A stretch of 64,000 nucleotides of DNA from contig CALSNU010000004.1 of the NCBI GenBank assembly GCA_943787795.1, positions 352,001 through 416,000 on the forward strand, given 5' to 3'. Every line of letters begins with the position of its first letter. Position 1 is the stretch's first letter. Made by a program: the position numbers and the translations under genes. Positions 40,540 through 48,279 of the stretch are shown here, in pieces. A model generated the notes under the pieces. The model was not told where the DNA came from. It was given only the letters and a program-made list of their open reading frames with translations, and searched no databases. The DNA comes from an uncultured bacterium (GTDB taxonomy: Bacteria > Planctomycetota > UBA1135 > GCA-002686595).

Positions 40540-40580
40540 AAAAAAAGGACTCCTCGGTCGGCAAGAGCCGATCGAGGAGT
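40540..40580 (-). terminator. Intrinsic terminator
   Basis: Minus strand ACTCCTCGATCGGC-TCTT-GCCGACCGAGGAGT (13 of 14 bp paired) followed by CCTTTTTTT. Confidence 0.85.
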
Positions 40581-40672
40581 GAGGCCCGGCGTCATGTGAA
40601 CGGATCGCCTGCCAAGAAAAACCCGAGGCGCCGTGCCTATTCGATGGATGGAGGGCAGTTGCGCCGCTCCCT
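40540..40672 (-). ncRNA. Candidate small RNA or attenuator leader (about 130 nt)
   Basis: Lies between a sigma70-like promoter and a strong terminator with no credible CDS. Family not recognised. Confidence 0.4.
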
Positions 40673-40678
40673 GCGGGG

Positions 40679-40707
40679 ACTATCGGTAATTTGCCACCCG
40701 CACTCAA
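40679..40707 (-). promoter_or_regulatory. Putative sigma70-type promoter
   Basis: TTGAGT-N17-GATAGT on the minus strand within a locally AT-rich patch. Confidence 0.45.
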
Positions 40708-40898
40708 CTCCAATACTAGCAATTATCCCACGGGTCTCCTCCCCATCCACCATCCCAAGCCTGCGGGAGGAGAGGCCATCCAGACCAGGGGAGCAGCCCA
40801 GGCCCTTCTTGGGGCCCTTTTTGGGCCCTCCCCGGGGCCCGAACTGGGGCGCTCCCGAGGCCACCGCCGGCCAAAGGGAGGGGCTAGGCTTGAGCGAC

Positions 40899-41852
40899 AT
40901 GACCTCCGCGCGGCCGCTCAACAGGGACCTCCTTCGCCGGATCCGAGTGATGCCCGAGCACCAGACCGGTGCCCTGTTGGACCTCGCCCGGCGCTGCACC
41001 GCCCCGGCATCTGAAGAGACTCAAGCCCCCCTCATGCTCATCCAGATTGGAGGGGTGGAGGTGGAAGGGACCATCAAGGGCGGGCCTCTGCCCCTTCGCC
41101 GCTGCCTGCAGCTCGGCCTCCGGCGCTGGGTCCTGGGTGCCCCCGCCCCGTGCGAGGCCGAGGCCAATCATCTCACCTGGCTGAGAAAGCGGCTCTTCCG
41201 CGCCGCCGACCCCCTGGGGTCGGTCACCCTCCATCATCTCGGGTTCCCCTCACGCGAACTCTTGGTCACCCGCGCCGTCCACGGGGCGCTTCCCCTCCGC
41301 GAAGCCAGCGCAGCCGCGGACTCCAGCCGCCGGGCCCAGCTCTTCGCCGAGTTCGGGAGAGAGGTCGGGCGCATGCACGCGCTTCGATTCCTGCATGCCG
41401 AACTGCACCCAGGGAACGTCCTCGCCACCGAGCCGTGCGACGAACCGGGGCCGGGGTTTGGCCGGTCGCTGATCTGGCTTGGGAGCGCCAAGGGGGGCCC
41501 CACCGCCTGGCGCCGTGGCAACCTGGATCGGCTGGAGGATGACCTGGGCGCCTGGTTCAGCCTCGCTGCGGACTGGATGCAGGGAGAGGACACGGAAGCC
41601 CTGCTGCTCGCCTACGCCGCCTCCCGGCTGGCGAACGGCCGCCCAGTCTCCGGGCTCCCCTCGCTCGTGAGCTCGATCCAGCGCTCTCGCCGCCGGGAGC
41701 TGGCTCGATTCGAGCGCTCCCCGCGCCTCCTCGGCGGCGCGGAGTTCCCCGTCGCCGGATGGGATCCCGATGTGGGCCGGCTTCAGAGGCTCTGGGACCT
41801 CGGAGCCCACTGGGCGCTCCGACCCGTTGTTTCAGGGCCAGATCTGGTCTAG
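40899..41852 (+). CDS. LPS-kinase-like protein, probably catalytically degenerate
   Basis: EANHLTWL, LLVTRAV, VGRMHALRFLHAELHPGNVL, DLG. Start chosen at ATG 40899. Confidence 0.6.
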   Translation: MTSARPLNRDLLRRIRVMPEHQTGALLDLARRCTAPASEETQAPLMLIQIGGVEVEGTIKGGPLPLRRCLQLGLRRWVLGAPAPCEAEANHLTWLRKRLFRAADPLGSVTLHHLGFPSRELLVTRAVHGALPLREASAAADSSRRAQLFAEFGREVGRMHALRFLHAELHPGNVLATEPCDEPGPGFGRSLIWLGSAKGGPTAWRRGNLDRLEDDLGAWFSLAADWMQGEDTEALLLAYAASRLANGRPVSGLPSLVSSIQRSRRRELARFERSPRLLGGAEFPVAGWDPDVGRLQRLWDLGAHWALRPVVSGPDLV

Positions 41853-41872
41853 TAGAGTCGAAGGAGAAGACC

Positions 41873-42118
41873 ATGCCGATCTACGACTTCGACTGCGCCA
41901 GCTGCGGACACACCTTCGAGGAGCTCATCCTCGGCGGCGAAGCCCCCGAGTGCCCCAAGTGCTCCAGCACCAAGGCCGAGAAGCGGATCTCGTCGTTCAG
42001 CATCGGCACGCCCGCGTATCTCCGCGGGAGCGTCCCCATGCCCGAGAGCCCGGCGAGCGGCTTCGCCGCGGGATCCTGTGACGATGCCGGCGGTCCTGGC
42101 ACCTGCTCCTCCCACTAG
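41873..42118 (+). CDS. FmdB-family zinc-ribbon protein
   Basis: MPIYDFDCASCGHTFE...CPKCSS, with AAGGAG SD upstream of ATG 41873. Confidence 0.9.
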   Translation: MPIYDFDCASCGHTFEELILGGEAPECPKCSSTKAEKRISSFSIGTPAYLRGSVPMPESPASGFAAGSCDDAGGPGTCSSH

Positions 42119-43355
42119 TCGACTGGCGATCGCTGCCGCGGTATCGCTCGTGCTCTGCGCTGGCTGCGGCGAGCGAGAGCATGGGACGGAGAGCGGCCCG
42201 GCAGAATCCGCCGGCGCCTCCCAGATCGACGAGCTCGCGGCGCTCGGGTACTCCGGCTGGGATGAGGCGCCAGAACCCTCGCCCCCACCCGGCTCCTCGC
42301 CTGGCTCCCCGCTTGGCCCCCCGGCTGGCCCCCCGGCTGGCCCCTCGGCCCCGACCGGCCAAGGAACCGGGGCGTCTACGTGGCCGAGAGCCTTCGCCGA
42401 CGACCGCAGCGGCGTGACGGTGGTCTCCGTCGGTGGTGAGACCCTGCGTGAGATCAACGTCCCTGGGCGTGGTCAGGTGGAGTTCGCGCGCTTCCTGCCA
42501 GGGGGCCGAATCGCATGCGTGTCAGTGGACGAGGGGCTCACCCTGCTGGACGTCGACGGCTCCGTGCTGTGGGCGGTAGACCTCCCCTGTCACCATGAGG
42601 TCGCGCTGGTCCCCGAGGGTCGGGAGGAGGGGAGCCGGCGGCTCGCGGTCGCCGTCCATCACGAGGTCACGCACCGCGGACGCCGCGTGCGCTTCGACGA
42701 GGTGGTCTTCCTGGAGGAGTCCTCCGGCGCTCCGGCGACGGACCTCAAGACCTGGAACACCTGGGAACACATGGACGCGCTCAGGGAGCGGTCGGTAGCC
42801 GAGCACCCGCTGGATGGGTTCGCCCCGAACCCGGGCGCCGACCCGACGGTCTACGACTACTTCCACCTCAACTCGATCGCCTTCGGCGGACCGCGCTCCA
42901 TGCTGGTCTGCCTCCGGAACGTCAACCTCGTGGTGGAGGTCGACCTCCCGAGCGGCGACCTCGGCCGGTCCTTCGGTCCCGGCACCCTGGACTGGCCCCA
43001 CGCGCCGACCCCCGTGGCCGGTGGCGAGCGGTGGCTGATCTTCGACAACGGCAAGCACCGGGGATGGTCTCGGGTCATCGAGGTTGATCCCGACCGCGGC
43101 GAGGTGACGTGGACCTACCCCCCCGGCAATGCACGCAGCCTCTTCAGCGAGGTTCGAGGGTTCGCCCAGCGCCTCCCCGGCGGGACCACCTTGATCACCG
43201 AGTCGGAGCGGGGCCGCGCGCTGGAGGTCAACCGCGCCGGGGACCTCCTCTGGGAGTTCTGGAACCCCGAGGTTCGCCGGGCCGGAGACGGCCGCGAGGC
43301 GAGGCGCCGGATCTACCGCATGACCGCTGTCCCGCCCTCGGACGTGGGCCTCTAG
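42078..43355 (+). CDS. Arylsulfotransferase (ASST)-like lipoprotein
   Basis: Lipobox LCAGC, CHHEV, DYFHLNSI, WPHAP...LIFDNG, SRVIEVD, AQRLPGGTTLITES. Confidence 0.75.
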   Translation: MTMPAVLAPAPPTSRLAIAAAVSLVLCAGCGEREHGTESGPAESAGASQIDELAALGYSGWDEAPEPSPPPGSSPGSPLGPPAGPPAGPSAPTGQGTGASTWPRAFADDRSGVTVVSVGGETLREINVPGRGQVEFARFLPGGRIACVSVDEGLTLLDVDGSVLWAVDLPCHHEVALVPEGREEGSRRLAVAVHHEVTHRGRRVRFDEVVFLEESSGAPATDLKTWNTWEHMDALRERSVAEHPLDGFAPNPGADPTVYDYFHLNSIAFGGPRSMLVCLRNVNLVVEVDLPSGDLGRSFGPGTLDWPHAPTPVAGGERWLIFDNGKHRGWSRVIEVDPDRGEVTWTYPPGNARSLFSEVRGFAQRLPGGTTLITESERGRALEVNRAGDLLWEFWNPEVRRAGDGREARRRIYRMTAVPPSDVGL

Positions 43356-43379
43356 GGCCAAGTTGTTAGCCTCCGCGTC

Positions 43380-44078
43380 ATGGACCACTCCAAGCGCGAC
43401 TTCATCGACTTCATGTGCTCGGCCGAGGTGCTGACCTTCGGAGACTTCGTCACGAAGAGCGGACGGAGCACGCCGTACTTCGTGAACACCGGCCGCTACA
43501 CCACGGGTGCTCAGATGGAGGCCCTCGGCGCCGCGTACGCGAGGTCGATCGTCGACCGCTTCGGTGACCGCTTCGACGTGCTCTTTGGGCCCGCCTACAA
43601 GGGCATCCCCCTCGTGGTCGCCACGGCCTCCGCGCTGGCGCGGGAGCATGGACGTGATGTCCCTCTCTGCTTCAACCGCAAGGAGGCCAAGGACCACGGG
43701 GAAGGCGGCGTGCTCGTTGGGCACCCGATGCGCGACGGGGACAGAGTCCTGATCGTCGAGGACGTGACCACCGCGGGGACGTCGATCCGCGAGACCGTCC
43801 CCATCCTGCGAGCCGCCGCGGACATCGAGCTCGCTGGCCTGATCGTCAGCGTCGACCGGATGGAGCGGGGCCAAGCGGGAGCGGGGTCCGCCCTCGCCGA
43901 GGTCGGGCGGGAGTTCGGCATGCAGGTCGAGGCCATCGTTGACCTGGACGACGTCGTCGAGCACCTGCAGCCCGGCGGCGGGGCCACCCACGAAATTGGC
44001 GCCGATGACCTCACGCGCATCGAGGCCTATCGCGCGGAATACGGCGTCCCCGGCCGGCTCACCGCTGGACCGGGTTGA
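43380..44078 (+). CDS. pyrE: Orotate phosphoribosyltransferase
   Basis: FGDFVTKSGRSTPYF, LFGPAYKGIP, NRKEAKDHGEGG, IVEDVTTAGTS. Confidence 0.96.
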   Translation: MDHSKRDFIDFMCSAEVLTFGDFVTKSGRSTPYFVNTGRYTTGAQMEALGAAYARSIVDRFGDRFDVLFGPAYKGIPLVVATASALAREHGRDVPLCFNRKEAKDHGEGGVLVGHPMRDGDRVLIVEDVTTAGTSIRETVPILRAAADIELAGLIVSVDRMERGQAGAGSALAEVGREFGMQVEAIVDLDDVVEHLQPGGGATHEIGADDLTRIEAYRAEYGVPGRLTAGPG

Positions 44079-44090
44079 GCCCCCCCCCCA

Positions 44091-44130
44091 GGGCTAGACC
44101 GGGCTAGACCGGGCTAGACCGGGCTAGACC
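44091..44130. repeat. 10-bp tandem repeat (GGGCTAGACC)x4
   Basis: Four perfect units just after the pyrE stop, preceded by a C10 run. Confidence 0.95.
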
Positions 44131-44181
44131 GAGCTGAGCGGCCCGAGGAGGGTGGAGGCGCCTGAGGCTCCGCCCTCGGCC

Positions 44182-44314
44182 CTGGCACCAGTGGGGTTCC
44201 GTGGCCCCAGTCGGGTTCAGTAGCCCCAGTCGGGTTCAGTAGCCCCAGTCGGGTTCCGTGGCCCCAGTCGGATTCAGTGGCCCCAGCGGGATGCAGTGGG
44301 CCCACTGGGGTTCC
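44182..44314. repeat. 19-bp tandem repeat (GTRGCCCCAGTCGGGTTCM)x7
   Basis: Seven head-to-tail units with degenerate outer copies and no spacers, ending next to the hutU stop. Confidence 0.92.
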
Positions 44315-44315
44315 G

Positions 44316-46001
44316 TCAGCCCATCGGGACATCGACACCGCGCTCGGAAGCGCAGGCCGCCGCCTCGTCGTAGCCGGCGTCTACGTGGCGAATGACTCCC
44401 ATGCCGGGGTCCGCGGTCAGCACACGCTCGAGAGCCGCCTCGGCCTCCGGAGTTCCGTCCGCCACGGTGACCTGCCCGGCGTGCAGGCTGTAGCCCATCC
44501 CGACCCCGCCGCCGTGGTGGAAGCTCACCCAGCTCGCGCCGCAGGCCGTGTTCACCAGCGCGTTCAGGATCGCCCAGTCGGCGACCGCGTCCGTGCCGTC
44601 CTTCATCGCCTCGGTCTCGCGGTTCGGCGAGGCCACCGACCCACAGTCGAGGTGATCGCGGCCGATGACCACGGGCGCCTTGAGCTCGCCGCTGCGAACG
44701 GCGTCGTTGAAGGCCTTCCCTGCCTTCGCGCGGGCGCCGTAGCCGAGCCAACAAATCCGCGCGGGGAGCCCCTGGAAGGCCACCCGTTCCCCGGCCATCT
44801 TGATCCAGCGCGCCAGGAGCTTGTCCTCGGGGAACAGCTCCAGGAGGATCCGGTCCGTCACGGCGATGTCCTCGGGATCGCCCGAGAGCGCCACCCAGCG
44901 GAAGGGGCCCTTGCCCTCGCAGAACAGGGGCCGGATGTACTTCGGCACGAACCCCTCGAAGTCGAAGGCGTTCTCGAGCCCCGCCTCCTTGGCGAAGCCG
45001 CGCAGGTTGTTGCCGTAGTCGAAGGTGTCCGCGCCGCGCGCCTGCAGCTCGATCATGAGCTTGCAGTGCTCGACCATCGTGGCGAGCGAGCGACGCTCGT
45101 ACTCATCCGGATCCGCCGCGCGGAGCGCGTCCGCATCCTCGAGCGAGACGCCGTCGGGGACGTAGCCGTTCAGGGGGTCATGGGCGCTCGTCTGGTCGGT
45201 GAGCACGTCGGGCGTCACGTCTCGCTCGATCAGGCGTCGCAGCAGCTGCACGGCGTTGCAGGGCACGCCGATGGACTTCGCGACGCCGGCGGCCTTCCAC
45301 TCGAGGGCCTTGTCGATGGCCTCGTCGAGATCGTCAATCCGGACGTCCACGTAGCGCGTCCGGAGACGGAAGTCGATGTGCGCCGGATCCACGTCCGCGG
45401 CGAGGCAGGTGGCCTCGTTCATGGTCGCAGCGAGGGGCTGGGCGCCGCCCATGCCGCCGAGCCCGCCGGTGACCACCAGCTTCTTCGCCAGGGTCCCGCC
45501 GAAGTGCTTGTTGGCGGAGGCCGCGAAGGTCTCGTACGTGCCCTGAAGGATCCCCTGGGTGCCGATGTAAATCCACGAGCCCGCGGTCATCTGGCCGTAC
45601 ATCATCTTCCCCGCCTCCTCGAGCTTGCGGAAGTGGTCCCAGTTGGCCCAGTTCCCCACGAGGTTCGAGTTGGCGATCAGCACCCGCGGCGCGCCGGCGT
45701 GGGTGCGGAACACACCGACGGGCTTGCCGGACTGCACCAGCAGGGTCTCGTCCGCCTCGAGGCGCTGCAGGGTCCGGACGATTCCCTGGAAGCACTCCCA
45801 GTTGCGCGCCGCCTTGCCCGTCCCGCCGTAGACGACGAGCTCCTCGGGGAGCTCTGCCACCTCGGGGTCGAGGTTGTTCATGAGCATCCTCATGGCCGCC
45901 TCGGCGCCCCAGGTCTTGCAGGTACGCTCCGGCCCGCGAGGCGCGCGTTGGGGACCGGTGGGGATGTCGACGGAGGGTTGGGCCGGGGTATCGAGCGTCA
46001 T
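44316..46001 (-). CDS. hutU: Urocanate hydratase
   Basis: [67 protein letters not shown]. Confidence 0.97.
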   Translation of the reverse strand: MTLDTPAQPSVDIPTGPQRAPRGPERTCKTWGAEAAMRMLMNNLDPEVAELPEELVVYGGTGKAARNWECFQGIVRTLQRLEADETLLVQSGKPVGVFRTHAGAPRVLIANSNLVGNWANWDHFRKLEEAGKMMYGQMTAGSWIYIGTQGILQGTYETFAASANKHFGGTLAKKLVVTGGLGGMGGAQPLAATMNEATCLAADVDPAHIDFRLRTRYVDVRIDDLDEAIDKALEWKAAGVAKSIGVPCNAVQLLRRLIERDVTPDVLTDQTSAHDPLNGYVPDGVSLEDADALRAADPDEYERRSLATMVEHCKLMIELQARGADTFDYGNNLRGFAKEAGLENAFDFEGFVPKYIRPLFCEGKGPFRWVALSGDPEDIAVTDRILLELFPEDKLLARWIKMAGERVAFQGLPARICWLGYGARAKAGKAFNDAVRSGELKAPVVIGRDHLDCGSVASPNRETEAMKDGTDAVADWAILNALVNTACGASWVSFHHGGGVGMGYSLHAGQVTVADGTPEAEAALERVLTADPGMGVIRHVDAGYDEAAACASERGVDVPMG

Positions 46002-46111
46002 GATGGGCGCCAATGTAGCCCCCACCAGGGACCAGTGAAGCCGCCATGAACCGGGAATGGGGCATTCCACAATCGGTCAACGCGCGAGTTTTTTGGGGGT
46101 CGAGGCGTGAC

Positions 46112-46132
46112 TTTCTGACGATCCGTCAAAAA
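46112..46132. promoter_or_regulatory. Palindromic operator, probably bound by the adjacent TetR
   Basis: TTTCTGACG-ATC-CGTCAAAAA (8 of 9 inverted match) 11 bp upstream of the TetR start. Confidence 0.6.
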
Positions 46133-46143
46133 ATGGCATCGCC

Positions 46144-46869
46144 ATGCTCAGCCCCAAGCAGCAAGAGATCCGTGACCGCGAGGAGCTCCTCCTCGACGTC
46201 GCCCAGCGCATGCTGCTGGAGCGAGGCTTCGAGGACCTGCGCATGGACAGGGTCGCCGAGGCCATCGGGGTGTCCAAGGGGACGGTCTATCAGCACTTCG
46301 GAAGCCGAGACGACCTGCTCGCGGCGGTCGCGGCCCGCAGCGCCGCGACCCGCGCAGCGCTCTTCGAACGGGCCCGGGACTTCGCCGGATCCCCGCGGGA
46401 ACGGATGGGGGCCGTAGAGGCCGCCGCCGAGGTGTTCTTCGCGCTCTTCCCCCATCACGAGCAAGCGGAGCGCCTCGTACGCGGAGCTCACCTCTCACCG
46501 CGGATCAGCGCAGAGCGCGTCGCGAAGCTCGAGAAGAGCACCCAGCGGTGCTTCGGGGTCGCCACGCAGATTGCCACCGAGGGCGTGGCATCCGGGGACC
46601 TCCCCCTGCGCGAAGGCCAGTCGGTGGCGCAGCTCTGCGTCGGCCTCTGGAACCTCTACCAGGGAGCCTTCCTGATGCGAGACCTCGAGAAGTTCATGTC
46701 GGACCCCGCCGTCGACGATGCCATCGGAACGCTCCAGCGCAACGCCCGGGTCTTCCTCGACGGCTTCGGCTGGCGACCCCTCTCCACCGAAGTCGACTAC
46801 ACCGCGGCCCGCGAGCGAGCTCTGGCCGAGCTCTTCGCCGTCGAGGCCGAGGCGGCTGGCCTCCGCTGA
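46144..46869 (+). CDS. TetR/AcrR family regulator
   Basis: HTH GFEDLRMDRVAEAIGVSKGTVYQHF. Confidence 0.93.
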   Translation: MLSPKQQEIRDREELLLDVAQRMLLERGFEDLRMDRVAEAIGVSKGTVYQHFGSRDDLLAAVAARSAATRAALFERARDFAGSPRERMGAVEAAAEVFFALFPHHEQAERLVRGAHLSPRISAERVAKLEKSTQRCFGVATQIATEGVASGDLPLREGQSVAQLCVGLWNLYQGAFLMRDLEKFMSDPAVDDAIGTLQRNARVFLDGFGWRPLSTEVDYTAARERALAELFAVEAEAAGLR

Positions 46870-46887
46870 GCTCGCCACCACTCCCCC

Positions 46888-48267
46888 ATGAGAAAGATCC
46901 TCCCTACCCTCGTCGGACTCGCCGCCCTGTGCGCGGTCGGCCTGGGCCTGAATCACCTGATCGCCCAACGAGCTCAGCTCGCCATGGAGCGCCTCGGGGA
47001 ATCCGATGAGCCACGCGTCCTCCCCGTCGAGGTGGCCCAGCTGAGCTACCAGAGTTCGTTCACGAGCACACGGCACTTCACCGGCACCGTGTCGGCCAAG
47101 CGGCGCGCGGAGCTCTCGTTCGAGGGCACCGGGAGGGTCGCAGCCGTGCTCGTGGATGACGGCGACGAGGTCAGCGCGGGCGCCACCCTCGCTCGGCTCG
47201 ATATCCGGCAGCTCAGCGCGCGTCGCGCGGAGGTCGAGGCCCGGCGGGTCCGGCTCGAGGCCCAGCTGCAAGAGCTCTTAGCGGGGCCCCGGGAAGAGGT
47301 GATTGACGCAGCCAAGGCCAACGTGGATGCCCTGGCTGAGGAGCTCAAGCTCGCTGTCCGCCTCCTTGAGCGCCGAACTGAGCTCGCGGAGAAGGGGTCG
47401 GTGAGCGCCGAACAACTCGACACGGCGAGGGCCCAGGTCAGGACGATCGAGGCCCGCCTCGCAGGAGCGAGCGCGAACCTCGAAGAGCTGAACCAGGGCA
47501 CGCGGGAGGAGTCCATCGCCGCTCAGCGCGGCTCCCTCGGGGAGCTCGACGCAGCCCTCGCCGCCATGGACGTCCAGATCGGCAACATGACCCTGGTCGC
47601 CCCCTTCGCAGGCACGGTGGAGGCACGCCAGCTGGACGAGGGCGCGGTGGTCTCCCAGCAGATGCCCCGGACCGCCTTCGTCCTCACCGAGACGTCCGCC
47701 CTCGAGGCGCGCGTCGGACTCCCCGGCGCCCTTGTCCCCGGGCTCTGCGAGGATCCGGCCAGCGCGAAGCTCACCTTCGGCGGCCGCCCCATCGAGGTCA
47801 CCGGCGCGCGCGCCCTCCCAGTGGTGGACAGCGCGACCCGCACCATCAAGATCATCCTCTCGCTGGCGGAGGGCACCTCCGCGGTGCGCCCTGGCGACCT
47901 CGTCCGACTGGAGGTCTCGGTCCAGCAGCCCGAGCGCGGCGCATGGCTCTCGATCTCCGCGCTCTCCGAGAGCCAGCGCGGACTCTGGAGCGCCTTCTGG
48001 GTGGAGGAGGCTGCCGGCGGCGAGGGCATCGTCCGCCGTGCGGAGCTCGAGGTCCTCCACGTGGAGGCCGACCGAGCCTTCGTGCGCGGCACGCTTGAGC
48101 CCGGCGCCGCCGTCGTGGTGTCCGGGATCCATCGATTGACCCCGGGCCAGAGGGTCTCGAAGGTCTCGGCGGCCCCCGGGCCGGCTGAATCACTCGGCGG
48201 GTCACTCGGTGGCTCGCCCGGCGCACTCAGCGGCGACGGCGAGGAGCCCTTCGGGGCCCAAGACTGA
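46888..48267 (+). CDS. RND efflux membrane-fusion (periplasmic adaptor) subunit
   Basis: LSFEGTGRV..VLVDDGDEV..G..LARLD, long coiled coil, LVAPFAGTV, VVSGIHRL.PGQRV. Confidence 0.9.
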   Translation: MRKILPTLVGLAALCAVGLGLNHLIAQRAQLAMERLGESDEPRVLPVEVAQLSYQSSFTSTRHFTGTVSAKRRAELSFEGTGRVAAVLVDDGDEVSAGATLARLDIRQLSARRAEVEARRVRLEAQLQELLAGPREEVIDAAKANVDALAEELKLAVRLLERRTELAEKGSVSAEQLDTARAQVRTIEARLAGASANLEELNQGTREESIAAQRGSLGELDAALAAMDVQIGNMTLVAPFAGTVEARQLDEGAVVSQQMPRTAFVLTETSALEARVGLPGALVPGLCEDPASAKLTFGGRPIEVTGARALPVVDSATRTIKIILSLAEGTSAVRPGDLVRLEVSVQQPERGAWLSISALSESQRGLWSAFWVEEAAGGEGIVRRAELEVLHVEADRAFVRGTLEPGAAVVVSGIHRLTPGQRVSKVSAAPGPAESLGGSLGGSPGALSGDGEEPFGAQD

Positions 48268-48279
48268 GCCTGGGATTCG

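Noticed and set aside
40197..40595. 132-aa minus-strand ORF as a leader peptide for the ALDH
   Set aside because: It runs through the terminator, overlaps the ALDH out of frame and has no clear SD.
44080..44089. C10 homopolymer as a phase-variation tract
   Set aside because: It lies just after the pyrE stop in a convergent gap, so it cannot shift a frame or alter promoter spacing.
44182..44314. Possible CRISPR array
   Set aside because: Units are 19 bp, head-to-tail, with no unique spacers, and no cas genes are in the window.
44277..46049. 590-aa plus-strand ORF and other long overlapping ORFs (e.g. 4549..5910, 36568..37833, 42522..43991, 49042..50385, 55529..57241)
   Set aside because: These are antisense shadows of well-supported genes, expected at high GC, and carry no recognisable motifs.
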